Virus record (IMG/VR): IMGVR_UViG_3300029288_000066
Location: 128,001 to 192,000 of that record
Direction: 5' to 3' (one strand)
DNA: 64,000 bases
Source of the DNA: a virus
Lineage: Duplodnaviria > Caudoviricetes
The position numbers and the translations under genes were made by a program. This document shows positions 40,325 to 49,568 of the stretch, piece after piece. Under the pieces are notes generated by a model that saw nothing but the letters and a program-made list of their open reading frames with translations, did no database searches and was not told the DNA's origin. Position 1 is the first letter of the stretch. Each line of letters opens with the position of its first letter.

Positions 40325-41082
40325 ACCTTGAGTTTACAGGCTTTAGTGAGCCAACTTTCGGAGGATTATTGTTTCCCCGCCTTATCCACATGCCTTGCGA
40401 CACGTACCGACTCAATCTCGACTGCTATGGGCAATCACTCCTATCGTCACAGACTACTCTACTGCTACTTTAACCACAACAAGGGCGCCCCCCTGCAATA
40501 GCCTTTCACAATAATCCGTTGAACTTTGACATCCAACGTCCCCAATTCATCTTGCGATGTCAGGGTCTGAGAGACCTGTCGTCCATAACGCCAGCGGAAC
40601 TTTTTCTTTGCTTCTATTGTTTTTAGAGAATAGAGCGGTTTTTACCCCGCACCAAAGTATGTGTTTAATTAAGGATGTGCCGCTGGAACAGCTTCGCCAC
40701 TTTTGGCGACGAAATACTATACACCTTCTGCGCCCTTTTGCATCAGTACGCTTTCATCTCCGAATCCTTCCTCCATCGCTGGAAGCGAGAATCCCAAAAA
40801 CAAATGGAACACGCTCTATAGTCTGCTAAACGTTGAACATTATTCCTCGGTTTTTCCTGTTACCCCTTTCGGAGCTCAATCGCCTTAACACAATTTAGAC
40901 GATATTCCACTCAGCAGTTGCCCTTGCAGAACGTACTAACCTATTGTATGCTCGACTTCCTTGTGAAAGCGGCGAGTTATAAACCCCACCTTTAATCCTG
41001 GTCACCCAGTTTATTTTGCCTGCCCCTTTCGGAACAGACCTTGACAACCCGTAGGCCACCAGTGACAGCACACTGCCACAAA
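40325..41082 (-). ncRNA. Large structured ncRNA, GOLLD-like
   Basis: ~760 nt GC-elevated segment with no credible ORF, between TATCTTTG promoter/boxA and terminator 40290-40316. Confidence 0.55.
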
Positions 41083-41199
41083 TATTTTCAATATTTTAAA
41101 GAACTTTAAATCTTGGTTACTCACCTATAATGAGCAAAGATATATAATCTAAAAACAAAAAGCAACTTTTTTCTTGTTTTTTTTTATTTTTTTTTAAAA

Positions 41200-41282
41200 A
41201 GACGTAAACAGGCCGCTCAACCACCTACCCTTGCTTTCTTCCGAACCTGGGGGAGTTCAGTAGGAGCTGGCCTATTACGCTT
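41200..41282 (-). ncRNA. ffs: SRP (4.5S) RNA
   Basis: Helix-8 signature CAGGTTCGGAAGAAAGCA in long hairpin. Confidence 0.8.
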
Positions 41283-41567
41283 TTTAAGTTACATAGATAC
41301 AGCTGAACCATTTTTCAGAGTCAATTTAAATGCGAAGGGCTTCCACTCTTGCGAGTCATACACAGCCTCACTTTCCTCACATACTGCATCAGGCGACTGA
41401 ACCTGACCTTTTTTAATAACTTAAATTTTCAATATCTTAAAGAACTTTTGCCAATGTAAATATACAAAAAAAATTCCATTTACATAGGCTCATACGAAAA
41501 AAAATAAAAAAAGTTACGAGAATCAAATAATTTTTTCTATATTTATAAAAAAATTAGGTTCTCTATA

Positions 41568-42638
41568 ATGAAAGACAAGTTAAGGCTTTTTATCCAAGAA
41601 GACATTTCAAAAATATTTGAAGACGATTATATAAGCTCATTCGAACCTGAAGATATCCCAGAAATGCAACCAGGCGGAGTAGCACATCAAGCATTTTTAA
41701 AAGATTTGTGGAAAGAACCATCAATGGGGAAATATAAAGACCCATCAGGAGAGGAAGTTGACAATATAATAAAAGGACTACAACAAGGAAATCTTGATTT
41801 GCCGAATGATTATGATTTGACCCAACAAGCAGAAAAGGATTTACAAAGAAAATTAAATTCACCTGAGAAAAGTGGCGCAGATACCATAAAAGACATGGAG
41901 AAACTTGCAGGAGCTGGCTCATATAACGAATCAATCAGAAAAATAATAAGAGAACAAATAAACACACTGTTTGAAATAAATGCTGGCATTTCAAGCGATA
42001 CAAGACAAATTGCCATGGCAAGAAAATTAATGGGAGATGACTCTATTATCGTTCTGAATAAATTAAAATTTGGTGAAGAACTAAGCATGGCCGAAGAATC
42101 CGAAGCAAGAGATAAGTATTTTACAGATTATATAATTACAAAAACAAGACTTGGAAAAAGCTTAAAAAGGATAAATCCAATAAACTTATATGATTTAGAA
42201 GCCCTTTTCGAAAGAGGTGGTTATGTGTTTAACTCATATCTGTCAGCATTGGTTGAAAGATATTCAAACGTGGAACAAATAAGTAACCTGGAAAGAAATT
42301 CTTTGCTAAACACTGGAAAATTATACACTCCAGAAAATGCAAATGATAATATAGCAAAAAAATATATTATAAAAATGTTTGTTAACTTAGATGTTCCACA
42401 AGCTGATGACAACAAATGGACTCAGGATGACAGCATGGAAGCTTCAAAAGCATATCAAATTGCATTATCAGATGGTGAATTTAGAAACATACTTGAACAG
42501 GTGCTCTATAGAAAAGGAATGCAAAACTCTAGACTATATAAAAAACTTAAAAGCATATCTGATGAAATCCCTGCAACACCAAGTGCATTGCCACACCACA
42601 TGAAACGATTTGCAGAACAACAGGAAAATATGTTCTAA
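41568..42638 (+). CDS. Late protein with IRKIIREQI motif
   Basis: TATTTATA upstream. Confidence 0.6.
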   Translation: MKDKLRLFIQEDISKIFEDDYISSFEPEDIPEMQPGGVAHQAFLKDLWKEPSMGKYKDPSGEEVDNIIKGLQQGNLDLPNDYDLTQQAEKDLQRKLNSPEKSGADTIKDMEKLAGAGSYNESIRKIIREQINTLFEINAGISSDTRQIAMARKLMGDDSIIVLNKLKFGEELSMAEESEARDKYFTDYIITKTRLGKSLKRINPINLYDLEALFERGGYVFNSYLSALVERYSNVEQISNLERNSLLNTGKLYTPENANDNIAKKYIIKMFVNLDVPQADDNKWTQDDSMEASKAYQIALSDGEFRNILEQVLYRKGMQNSRLYKKLKSISDEIPATPSALPHHMKRFAEQQENMF

Positions 42639-42669
42639 CAAAAAAGCCCCCAGAATTTGGGGGCTTTTT

Positions 42670-43019
42670 TTAATGACTCATATAAGTCATATTCGAAAAT
42701 TGAGCTCTTCGAATCTCTTCATTCTTATTCAAAATTAAAGAATTAAACTCTTCTATTTCCAACTCAACAATTTCATTAACCTCAAGCTCAAACATTCTTA
42801 TTTTATCATCATACAATCTGTTTTATCAATTGGCTCCACAAGACACAAACTTACACCAAGCTCGCCCTTTTCCAATTTCTCTTTTATTTGTTCAACAAAC
42901 TTTAATCCCGTTTCTTTATAAAGGATTTTTGCTTTTTCATAATCTTTAATGTGCTGCTTCTGATTCTTTTTTAAAGCATCAATCACATCAATTGTTTTTA
43001 CATTAATCTTTCTTGACAT
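42670..43019 (-). pseudogene. Frameshifted hypothetical gene
   Basis: Reading continues in -1 frame after GATTGTATG. Confidence 0.55.
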
Positions 43020-43037
43020 AACTTTGTTTTTTTTGGT

Positions 43038-43724
43038 TTATAGTAATACGTATTGACTTTTTTCTGAATTCATTAATTCCATGGTTTGCTTTAATTCCCC
43101 ATTTTCCATGAATACTTTTACACATTTTTCTGTTTTTGCTTCCTCAAAAGTCCCTTCAGGAAAATAGCCACATATCATAATGGCTCTTTTTTCTTTCATT
43201 AAATATTCTCCTGGATTATTCAATACATTCTTGAATCTTTCAATTAAGAGTTCTTTAACTTCACTTTGCAATTCTTCTGGATTACTAGAATTAAACTCTG
43301 GAGTAAGAAAAAGAGTTATTCCTCTTCTTGGAACAAAATCAGAACCGTAAAAAATTGGCGTTATACATGCTTCATTCTTTACAGGCTCAGTGAGGTTTTC
43401 TTTATCATATATTATCGGAGTTAAGAAAATTGAATATAGATAAACTTTGGGGCCTTTGAATTTTAAAGTATCACCCACTTTAACTGTGACGGTTTTATGC
43501 GTTTCAACTTCACCACCTTTTTCCAATTGGATAAATGGCTCGTCCAATATAACTAGATGCTTTACATTTTCAAATTCATCACATCTTAAAAGCGCTTCTT
43601 GTACTATGGGAGCTTTTAAAATATCTGGAGTTAACATATATTCTTCTGTGAATCCAAGCCCTTTTTCAGCTTTTGTACCATGTGATATTTCAAATAAACT
43701 TTGTAAATATTCTGACATTTTCAT
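43038..43724 (-). CDS. Protein with gp23 C-terminus-like segment
   Basis: LTPIIYD...FVPRRGI. Confidence 0.5.
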   Translation of the reverse strand: MKMSEYLQSLFEISHGTKAEKGLGFTEEYMLTPDILKAPIVQEALLRCDEFENVKHLVILDEPFIQLEKGGEVETHKTVTVKVGDTLKFKGPKVYLYSIFLTPIIYDKENLTEPVKNEACITPIFYGSDFVPRRGITLFLTPEFNSSNPEELQSEVKELLIERFKNVLNNPGEYLMKEKRAIMICGYFPEGTFEEAKTEKCVKVFMENGELKQTMELMNSEKSQYVLL

Positions 43725-43854
43725 AATTACTGTTTTTTAATTTATGAAAATGTAGTAAAATAAAATAGTAAAATCAAGTTTTATTTTGGCAAATGTTTTA
43801 AGTTCGATTTGTATTATCGCTTTTTTTTGCTATATTTATAGAAAAGATGAAATT

Positions 43855-44709
43855 ATGAATAAATGTTTAAATTGCGGACAGGAAACAAATAACAATAAGT
43901 TTTGTTCTATTAGTTGCCAACATAGATTCCAAAAAGCATCACAAATTGATAAAAGACTTGGTATGTTTTTAGACTTTACAATTAAATGCAATAAGTGTGG
44001 AAAGGAGTTTGTAGTTAATGAACGTGAAAATTTATTTCCACAAAAAGAAAAATATTATTGTAGTAGAAGTTGTGCAAATAAAAGAATTCATAGTGAAGAA
44101 ACTAAGAAAAAGATAAGCAAAAGAATTAAAGAGCTTATAAAAGAAAATCCAGAAAAATATAGCAATGGTGGTTATAATAGCGGTTCTGAATTACAAAAAA
44201 AAAGAGAAAAAATTGTAAAAATAATTTGTAAAAAATGTTTAAAAGAATTTTGTGTGCCTTATGGTAGAAGAAATAGGCAATTTTGTTGTAAAACGTGTGC
44301 ATCTAATTGGATGAAAGGTTCTTCTAAATCTCAATTAACTGGACTGTTATCAGTACAAGCACAAAAGGATATGAGAAGAAGTAAAAATGAGATATATTTT
44401 TCTGAATTATGTAAAAATCACTTCAATAAGGTTTTAACCAACGAACCAATATTTAATGGTTGGGATGCAGATGTTATTATTGAAGACATTAAAATGGCAG
44501 TTTTGTGGAATGGTAAGTGGCATTATGAAAAGATAACTAAAAAACACTCTGTCAAACAAGTTCAAAATAGAGATAAAATAAGAATTAAAGAAATTAAAGA
44601 ATATGGATATAATTACTACATCATTAAAGATATGGGAAGACAAAATAAAAAATTTGTTGAGGATAAATTTAACACATTTATAAAAATGTTGGGAACAAAA
44701 AATTCTTAG
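43855..44709 (+). CDS. Zinc-finger PD-(D/E)xK/Vsr-like endonuclease
   Basis: FCSxSC fingers; WDAD...WNGKWH...D. Confidence 0.7.
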   Translation: MNKCLNCGQETNNNKFCSISCQHRFQKASQIDKRLGMFLDFTIKCNKCGKEFVVNERENLFPQKEKYYCSRSCANKRIHSEETKKKISKRIKELIKENPEKYSNGGYNSGSELQKKREKIVKIICKKCLKEFCVPYGRRNRQFCCKTCASNWMKGSSKSQLTGLLSVQAQKDMRRSKNEIYFSELCKNHFNKVLTNEPIFNGWDADVIIEDIKMAVLWNGKWHYEKITKKHSVKQVQNRDKIRIKEIKEYGYNYYIIKDMGRQNKKFVEDKFNTFIKMLGTKNS

Positions 44710-44783
44710 TGGCGATGACGAGATTTGAACTCGTAACCTTCTCTTTATGAGAGAGATGTGCATACCAATTACACCGCATCGCT
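44710..44783 (-). tRNA. tRNA-Met(CAT)
   Basis: Loop CTCATAA. Confidence 0.85.
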
Positions 44784-44795
44784 GTTTAAAAAAAT

Positions 44796-45003
44796 AGTGG
44801 TGCGTGAAAGCCTCCTACTTTCATAATCTCGCTGACTTACACAGCTAGAAGGTCTCGGAATCGCACAACGAAAGTAGTTGTAGTCGAACAAATTTCACTT
44901 CTTCTGAAATGATATTCATTCTTTCGATTGTGTCAACAATCCAACTGCTCCGTTGATTCACTACTGAACCTTTAATTACAGCGGTCTTAAGCACCGCACC
45001 ACT
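44796..45003 (-). ncRNA. Unidentified ~205 nt structured RNA
   Basis: Terminal stem AGTGGTGCG/CGCACCACT inside tRNA operon. Confidence 0.5.
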
Positions 45004-45087
45004 TGCCTACAAACAACTCATGCATTAGCTGTTCATGTGCCAGGGAAACACTCGCCCTTTTGCAAATAGAGTCTGTGATTCCTTTTG

Positions 45088-45159
45088 AGCGAAAGATGGG
45101 GTTCGAACCCACGGCCTGAACCTTGGCAAGGTCCCACTCTACCACTGAGCTACTTTCGC
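45088..45159 (-). tRNA. tRNA-Gly(GCC)
   Basis: Loop TTGCCAA. Confidence 0.9.
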
Positions 45160-45162
45160 ATT

Positions 45163-45327
45163 AAAATTAGGGAATTCTCGAACTAAGCTTTTTCTTTTCC
45201 GCCCCATTTAGCCACTCTGGTACTCCTCGATTTTAATTTTCTTTGTCGAGGAGGATGGATTCGAACCACCGTAGGCTTACGCCAGCAGATTCCTTTCGAA
45301 GTATCTTAATTTGTTACCACTAATTTT
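45163..45327 (-). ncRNA. Scaffold RNA copy 5 (circularly permuted Tyr-like tRNA)
   Basis: Variable and T-arm plus CTCCTCG precede CGAGGAG and D-arm; opened at anticodon loop. Confidence 0.75.
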
Positions 45328-45330
45328 TTG

Positions 45331-45404
45331 TGGAGATGACTGGATTCCAACCAGCGACTTCTTGATTGCAGGTCAAGCGCTCTAAGCAGCTGAGCTACAT
45401 CCCC
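45331..45404 (-). tRNA. tRNA-Ala(TGC)
   Basis: Loop CCTGCAA, G3:U70. Confidence 0.85.
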
Positions 45405-45487
45405 CATTGTTTTCCTATTAACTCTTCCTGCACTAAGGTGCGCAGGTTAACAGAACTTCGGAAAAGCTTCTATACTTGTTCAGTTAG

Positions 45488-45564
45488 TCGGGCATGCAAG
45501 ATTCGAACTTGCGAGTTCTCCACATCCCAAATGTGGCGGGGTGGCCTGACTCCCCAAATGCCCG
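45488..45564 (-). tRNA. tRNA-Pro(TGG)
   Basis: Loop TTTGGGA. Confidence 0.88.
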
Positions 45565-45633
45565 AATTTACAACCTTTGTTTGCAGAATAGTTTTTGAAT
45601 TTTAATTTTTTAAACTATTTATAATAAAATACG

Positions 45634-46335
45634 ATGAAACCTTTATTTACAGAAGAAGAGTTCAACAATGCAAAAAGCGAAGATAAACTTCCTTGCGAAT
45701 GCTATTATTGTAAAAAACAATTTTTTCCCTATAAAAAAGCAATTAAACATGAATTAAAAAGTAATAGTGGGTGGATAAAGTTTTGTTCAATTGCATGTCA
45801 TAATAGATATAAGTTCGGAGAATCTGTTTTAACAAAATGCTCTAATTGTAATAAACATATATATAAAGACCCTTCACAAATAAAAAAATCTAAAACTGGA
45901 AATATCTTTTGCTCAAAGTCTTGCGCTGCCACATATAATAACAAGCATAAAATTCATGGCACTCGTAGGTCAAAGCTTGAAATTTATTTAGAAAAACAAT
46001 TAACGCTTTTATACCCAAGTTTAGAGATTCTTTATAACAACAAAGAAACAATAAACTCTGAACTTGATATTTATATTCCTTCTTTTAAACTTGCTTTTGA
46101 ACTTAATGGAATCTTTCATTACGAACCAATATTTGGTGATGAAAAACTAGGTAAAATCCAAAACAATGATGAGCGCAAATTTCAAGCTTGTTTAGAAAAC
46201 CAAATTGAACTCGTTTTAATTGATGTTTCTTCTTTAGGATATTTTAAGCCTAAAAATGCTGATAAATACCTTAATATTATTATCAACATTATAAATAAAA
46301 AATTAGGGAATTCTTTGCAGAATCTTTTTTTATAG
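45634..46335 (+). CDS. Zinc-finger PD-(D/E)xK/Vsr-like endonuclease, antisense within tRNA operon
   Basis: ELDIYIP...FELNGIFH...D. Confidence 0.7.
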   Translation: MKPLFTEEEFNNAKSEDKLPCECYYCKKQFFPYKKAIKHELKSNSGWIKFCSIACHNRYKFGESVLTKCSNCNKHIYKDPSQIKKSKTGNIFCSKSCAATYNNKHKIHGTRRSKLEIYLEKQLTLLYPSLEILYNNKETINSELDIYIPSFKLAFELNGIFHYEPIFGDEKLGKIQNNDERKFQACLENQIELVLIDVSSLGYFKPKNADKYLNIIINIINKKLGNSLQNLFL

Positions 46336-46457
46336 CGTTCTAGCCATTAAACTATCCCCACAATTTTACTTTATTCTCTTTTGTGTAGGGAGCGAGATTC
46401 GAACTCACATTTCTGTCTTGGAAGGACGATGAAATTCTACGATTTGCCACTAATTTT
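46299..46457 (-). ncRNA. Scaffold RNA copy 6 (circularly permuted Gly-like tRNA)
   Basis: GTGGCAAATCGTAGAATTTCATCG...ATTCTGCAAAGAATTCCC; CTTCCAA loop and T-arm, then D-arm. Confidence 0.7.
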
Positions 46458-46458
46458 G

Positions 46459-46534
46459 TCGGAGTAACTGGATTCGAACCAGCGGAAATCTTGCACCCCA
46501 TGCAAGCCCATATAGCCATCTGTGGAACACCCCG
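46459..46534 (-). tRNA. tRNA-Pro(GGG)
   Basis: Loop ATGGGGT. Confidence 0.85.
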
Positions 46535-46668
46535 ATAAAATGACCAACGTCAAGATTTTTGAGTTGCTAATGCTTTTGCTACATCACCGTTAATGCTGCT
46601 TTGTCGACTCATCGGCAATAAGGCCGCTATTCACATTAATTCTTCCTCTCATATTAATCAGTCATTTG

Positions 46669-46743
46669 TCTAGGTGGCAAGATTCGAACTTGCGGACCGA
46701 TGTTTCCAAAACACCGTAGTATAGCCATCTGCAATACACCTAG
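46669..46743 (-). tRNA. tRNA-Pro(TGG)
   Basis: Loop TTTGGAA. Confidence 0.82.
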
Positions 46744-46760
46744 TTTTTTATTTTTCACTG

Positions 46761-46846
46761 TTGCGGGTGAGGGACTCGAACCCCCGCTTTCCTTTTGGGA
46801 AAGTCCAGCTTATGAGACTGGCGAGATGCCGCTTCTCTAACCCGCA
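46761..46846 (-). tRNA. tRNA-Met(CAT), long variable arm, fMet-like
   Basis: Loop CTCATAA; TTTCCCAAAAGGAAA variable hairpin. Confidence 0.8.
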
Positions 46847-46852
46847 TTTCAG

Positions 46853-46924
46853 TGGGAATAGCAGGATTCGAACCTACAATTCACAGATTTACAGTCTGCT
46901 AAGCAACCGCTGCTCAATACTCCC
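46853..46924 (-). tRNA. tRNA-Tyr(GTA), short variable arm
   Basis: Loop CTGTAAA. Confidence 0.85.
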
Positions 46925-47040
46925 AATTTCTCCAGCTCAAGGGTCAGTCTATCCCTTTTCTTTTTAACGCTATATTAAGGAGACTTCTATGTGTTCAACA
47001 ACGCTCTCATATGCAGCTAGAGGAAGATTTTCAAAATTTG

Positions 47041-47122
47041 TCGGAAGGGTAGGAGTTGAACCTACATAGCCAGAGGCGACTGTTTTACAGACAGCTGATT
47101 TAGCCGATTTACCATCCTGCCG
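47041..47122 (-). tRNA. tRNA-Tyr(GTA)
   Basis: Loop CTGTAAA, long variable arm. Confidence 0.85.
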
Positions 47123-47126
47123 AATT

Positions 47127-47277
47127 AAATCAGGGAAAGGGCGGAAGAGTTTTTTTTAAATTCCCCCTTGTTAAATTTGTTTTTCTTAATTGGCGGGGGA
47201 AGTTGGATTTGAACCAACATTGTTTGTTTTTCACACAAATGTTTACCGAAGTATCTCTTTCTATTGCCACTGATTTG
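47127..47277 (-). ncRNA. Scaffold RNA copy 7 (permuted Phe-like tRNA with internal CCA)
   Basis: GTGGCAATAGAAAGAGATACTTCG...CTCTTCCGCCCTTTCCC; TTCCCCC-GCCA precedes GGGGGAA. Confidence 0.7.
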
Positions 47278-47352
47278 TGGAGCTTAACGTATTCGAAACG
47301 TTCTGCTTTTCTCATTGCAAATGAGATGACCACCCTAGCAGTCCCAAGCCCC
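47278..47352 (-). tRNA. tRNA-Ala(TGC)
   Basis: Loop TTTGCAA, G3:U70. Confidence 0.82.
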
Positions 47353-47362
47353 ATAGTTGGGA

Positions 47363-47889
47363 TTATAATAATCCCAGGTTTTTTAATCTTTCGATTTCAA
47401 TTTCATTTCTTTTTATTTTTTTTCTTAACAGAGTGTTATCGAAATCCAGTAGAAATGATTCTGGAATTTTGATATTTTTTTCTTTGAATTGGTTCAGCAC
47501 TTCATCTTTTGTAAAGCTACATTCTACAATTCCGTCTGTCCATTGGTCTAGCCACAGACCCCAACTTTTTTTCCCTATTACAACACCCTTTAAAATATTA
47601 GGATGACAGCTTTTTAGGTTATGAATTTTGATTTCGCCATTTTCGAATTTTCTATAACAAAATTTTCCTTCATCTGAATTTAAATCGAATTCCACTTTCA
47701 CATCTGAGCCGCAGAATGTAAGAATTCCGCTTCTGTATGATGTTAAAAAGAAGGTGAAGATTTCATTAAATTTTTCAGAATATCTTTGAAGTTTTCTATG
47801 AATTCTACTTCCAGATTTCTCTTTTGTTTTTTCAATTCTTTTTAATCTTTCTTGGATTAAGTCGCTTTTCGCATGGTTGTTCCCTCCAT
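47363..47889 (-). CDS. Hypothetical protein (start codon off-frame by one base)
   Basis: Frame open to 47890; ATG at 47889 out of frame. Confidence 0.5.
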
Positions 47890-47906
47890 ATTAATTGTTT
47901 AAAAAT

Positions 47907-47981
47907 AAAATCAGGGAAAAATTTACTGAGAGAGTTTTTTGATTGGAAGTCGAAGTATCTCTACTGATTGCCACTGATTTT
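47907..47981 (-). ncRNA. Scaffold RNA copy 8 (minimal; only a GA-CTTCCAA-TC anticodon-like loop)
   Basis: GTGGCAATCAGTAGAGATACTTCG...CTCTCTCAGTAAATTTTTCCC. Confidence 0.7.
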
Positions 47982-47984
47982 TTG

Positions 47985-48055
47985 AGCGAAATGTGGGAAT
48001 TAAACCCCTTCTACTAGTTGGAGGCCAGCCGCTTTATCGTTAAGCTACATCTCGC
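47985..48055 (-). tRNA. tRNA-Gly(TCC), degenerate T-arm
   Basis: Loop CCTCCAA. Confidence 0.7.
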
Positions 48056-48182
48056 ATTGTAGTGGTTTTGTATTAACCTGTGACCACCAAACACCGCCAA
48101 CATACGATTTGGAATGAGTGTGCAGCGGCTCTGAACCCGCTCTACGCCTTACATCATCTTCGTTCCCTTGTACTTCGGGCTT

Positions 48183-48258
48183 TGGAGCAGAAGACGGGGC
48201 TCGAACCCGCCACCTGGAGATTGGAAATCTCCCGCTCTACCAAATGAGCTACTTCTGC
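48183..48258 (-). tRNA. tRNA-Gly(TCC)
   Basis: Loop TTTCCAA, encoded CCA. Confidence 0.92.
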
Positions 48259-48351
48259 ATTGGTGCCAGACATTTTGAACTTTTTCATTCACGGGCACTT
48301 TCGGGAAAACCCTATACATAACGCCCTGACAGCTATCTCGCCTCCGCTTTT

Positions 48352-49212
48352 TTAATTTAATTTCTTTTCGTAATATTTAATCCATTTTCTTACTGCATTA
48401 TCAGAAACTCCATATTTTCTTCCGACTGCACTATAATTAGATTTTTTTAATTCTTCAACAAGTTCTATATAAGAAGGTCTCTGTGTTTTTCTTTGCCTAA
48501 TTTCATCACACGATTTACATCTTTTCATACCTTTACCTATTTCATTTCCACATGCACAATAATTTTTATTTTTTTCTTTAATTTCTTTTATTTTATCAAA
48601 ATATTGCTTTCCTATATTCTTTCCTCCATTAGTATTAAATGTAGCCGCACAATTTGGACAAACTATTCTTAAATTTTCCAATCTATTATCATTATGATGC
48701 CCATTTTTATGGTCAAGAATCAAACTAATTTTTTCCCCATTCCAAACTTCTCCTTGTCCACATTTCTCGCATATTTTTTGTTTAAGTTCTTCTTTATATA
48801 ATCTTTCTTTTAAATTTGTCGTATGATTATATGTTGAATTTTCAACTAATATGTCGGACAAATCAAATTTTCCAGAAACAAATCTATTACCTGAAATGCC
48901 AAAATTAAAATGTGAAATGTCAATGTTGTATTTCTCTATATATTTTTTAATAGTATTTCTGTTACCACAATGAGTTGTAATTCCCAATCTCCTAGCTACA
49001 TCAGTATAGCTTTTAGACTCACCCACAACTTTTTTAAATTTTATTTCATTGTATTTTTCATTCCTACATTCAAGATTAAGAGCAAAATGTTGTGCTTTAC
49101 CTCTAATAGATGTTTTTGTCCTTTTTAATTCATTTGCACAAAATTCACATCCGTAGATTGGATAATTCTTTTTCAAGAATTCCACGTCTTTTTCTGTCCA
49201 TTCTTTTTTCAT
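48352..49212 (-). CDS. HNH homing endonuclease (paralog of 26190..27035)
   Basis: LDHKNGHHNDNRLENLRIVCPNC; GRKYGVSDNAVRKW. Confidence 0.85.
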   Translation of the reverse strand: MKKEWTEKDVEFLKKNYPIYGCEFCANELKRTKTSIRGKAQHFALNLECRNEKYNEIKFKKVVGESKSYTDVARRLGITTHCGNRNTIKKYIEKYNIDISHFNFGISGNRFVSGKFDLSDILVENSTYNHTTNLKERLYKEELKQKICEKCGQGEVWNGEKISLILDHKNGHHNDNRLENLRIVCPNCAATFNTNGGKNIGKQYFDKIKEIKEKNKNYCACGNEIGKGMKRCKSCDEIRQRKTQRPSYIELVEELKKSNYSAVGRKYGVSDNAVRKWIKYYEKKLN

Positions 49213-49293
49213 GGTTTTTGTTTTTTCTTATAAATAGTTCAAAAAAACAAAAACTATAAATTTAACTATATAATTATCAACACACAAAAAAAG

Positions 49294-49364
49294 CGGAATG
49301 CGTGGGAATCGAACCCCTCCCTCAGCGTGACAAGCTGATATACAACCATTATACTGCGCACTCC
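49294..49364 (-). tRNA. tRNA-Asp(GTC)
   Basis: Loop TTGTCAC. Confidence 0.82.
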
Positions 49365-49479
49365 ATTTTGTATATCTACACTATTAAAATTACATTAATA
49401 GCGTAGATATACTTTTTGAAATCTTTTTTTATTCCCAACATGTCAAAGAACTTTCCAATAGAATAAATCTATAGAAGAG

Positions 49480-49568
49480 CGGGGATTATGGGATTCGAAC
49501 CCATGTAAAACCTTTTAAGGGTCTCAGGCGTGACAGGCCAGCATCAACTCCAGACTTGACCAAACCCC
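49480..49568 (-). tRNA. tRNA-Asp(GTC), long variable arm
   Basis: Loop CTGTCAC. Confidence 0.8.

Noticed and set aside
41290-41410. RNase P RNA
   Set aside because: Only a GAGGAAAGT-like motif; too short and no convincing P4 3' strand
46538-46667. Hammerhead or twister ribozyme
   Set aside because: CCGATGAG resembles the core, but the GAAA and cleavage-site elements could not be placed
11597-47981. Scaffold repeats as a CRISPR array or MITE
   Set aside because: Dispersed rather than tandem, stems covary instead of being identical, no target-site duplications or cas genes
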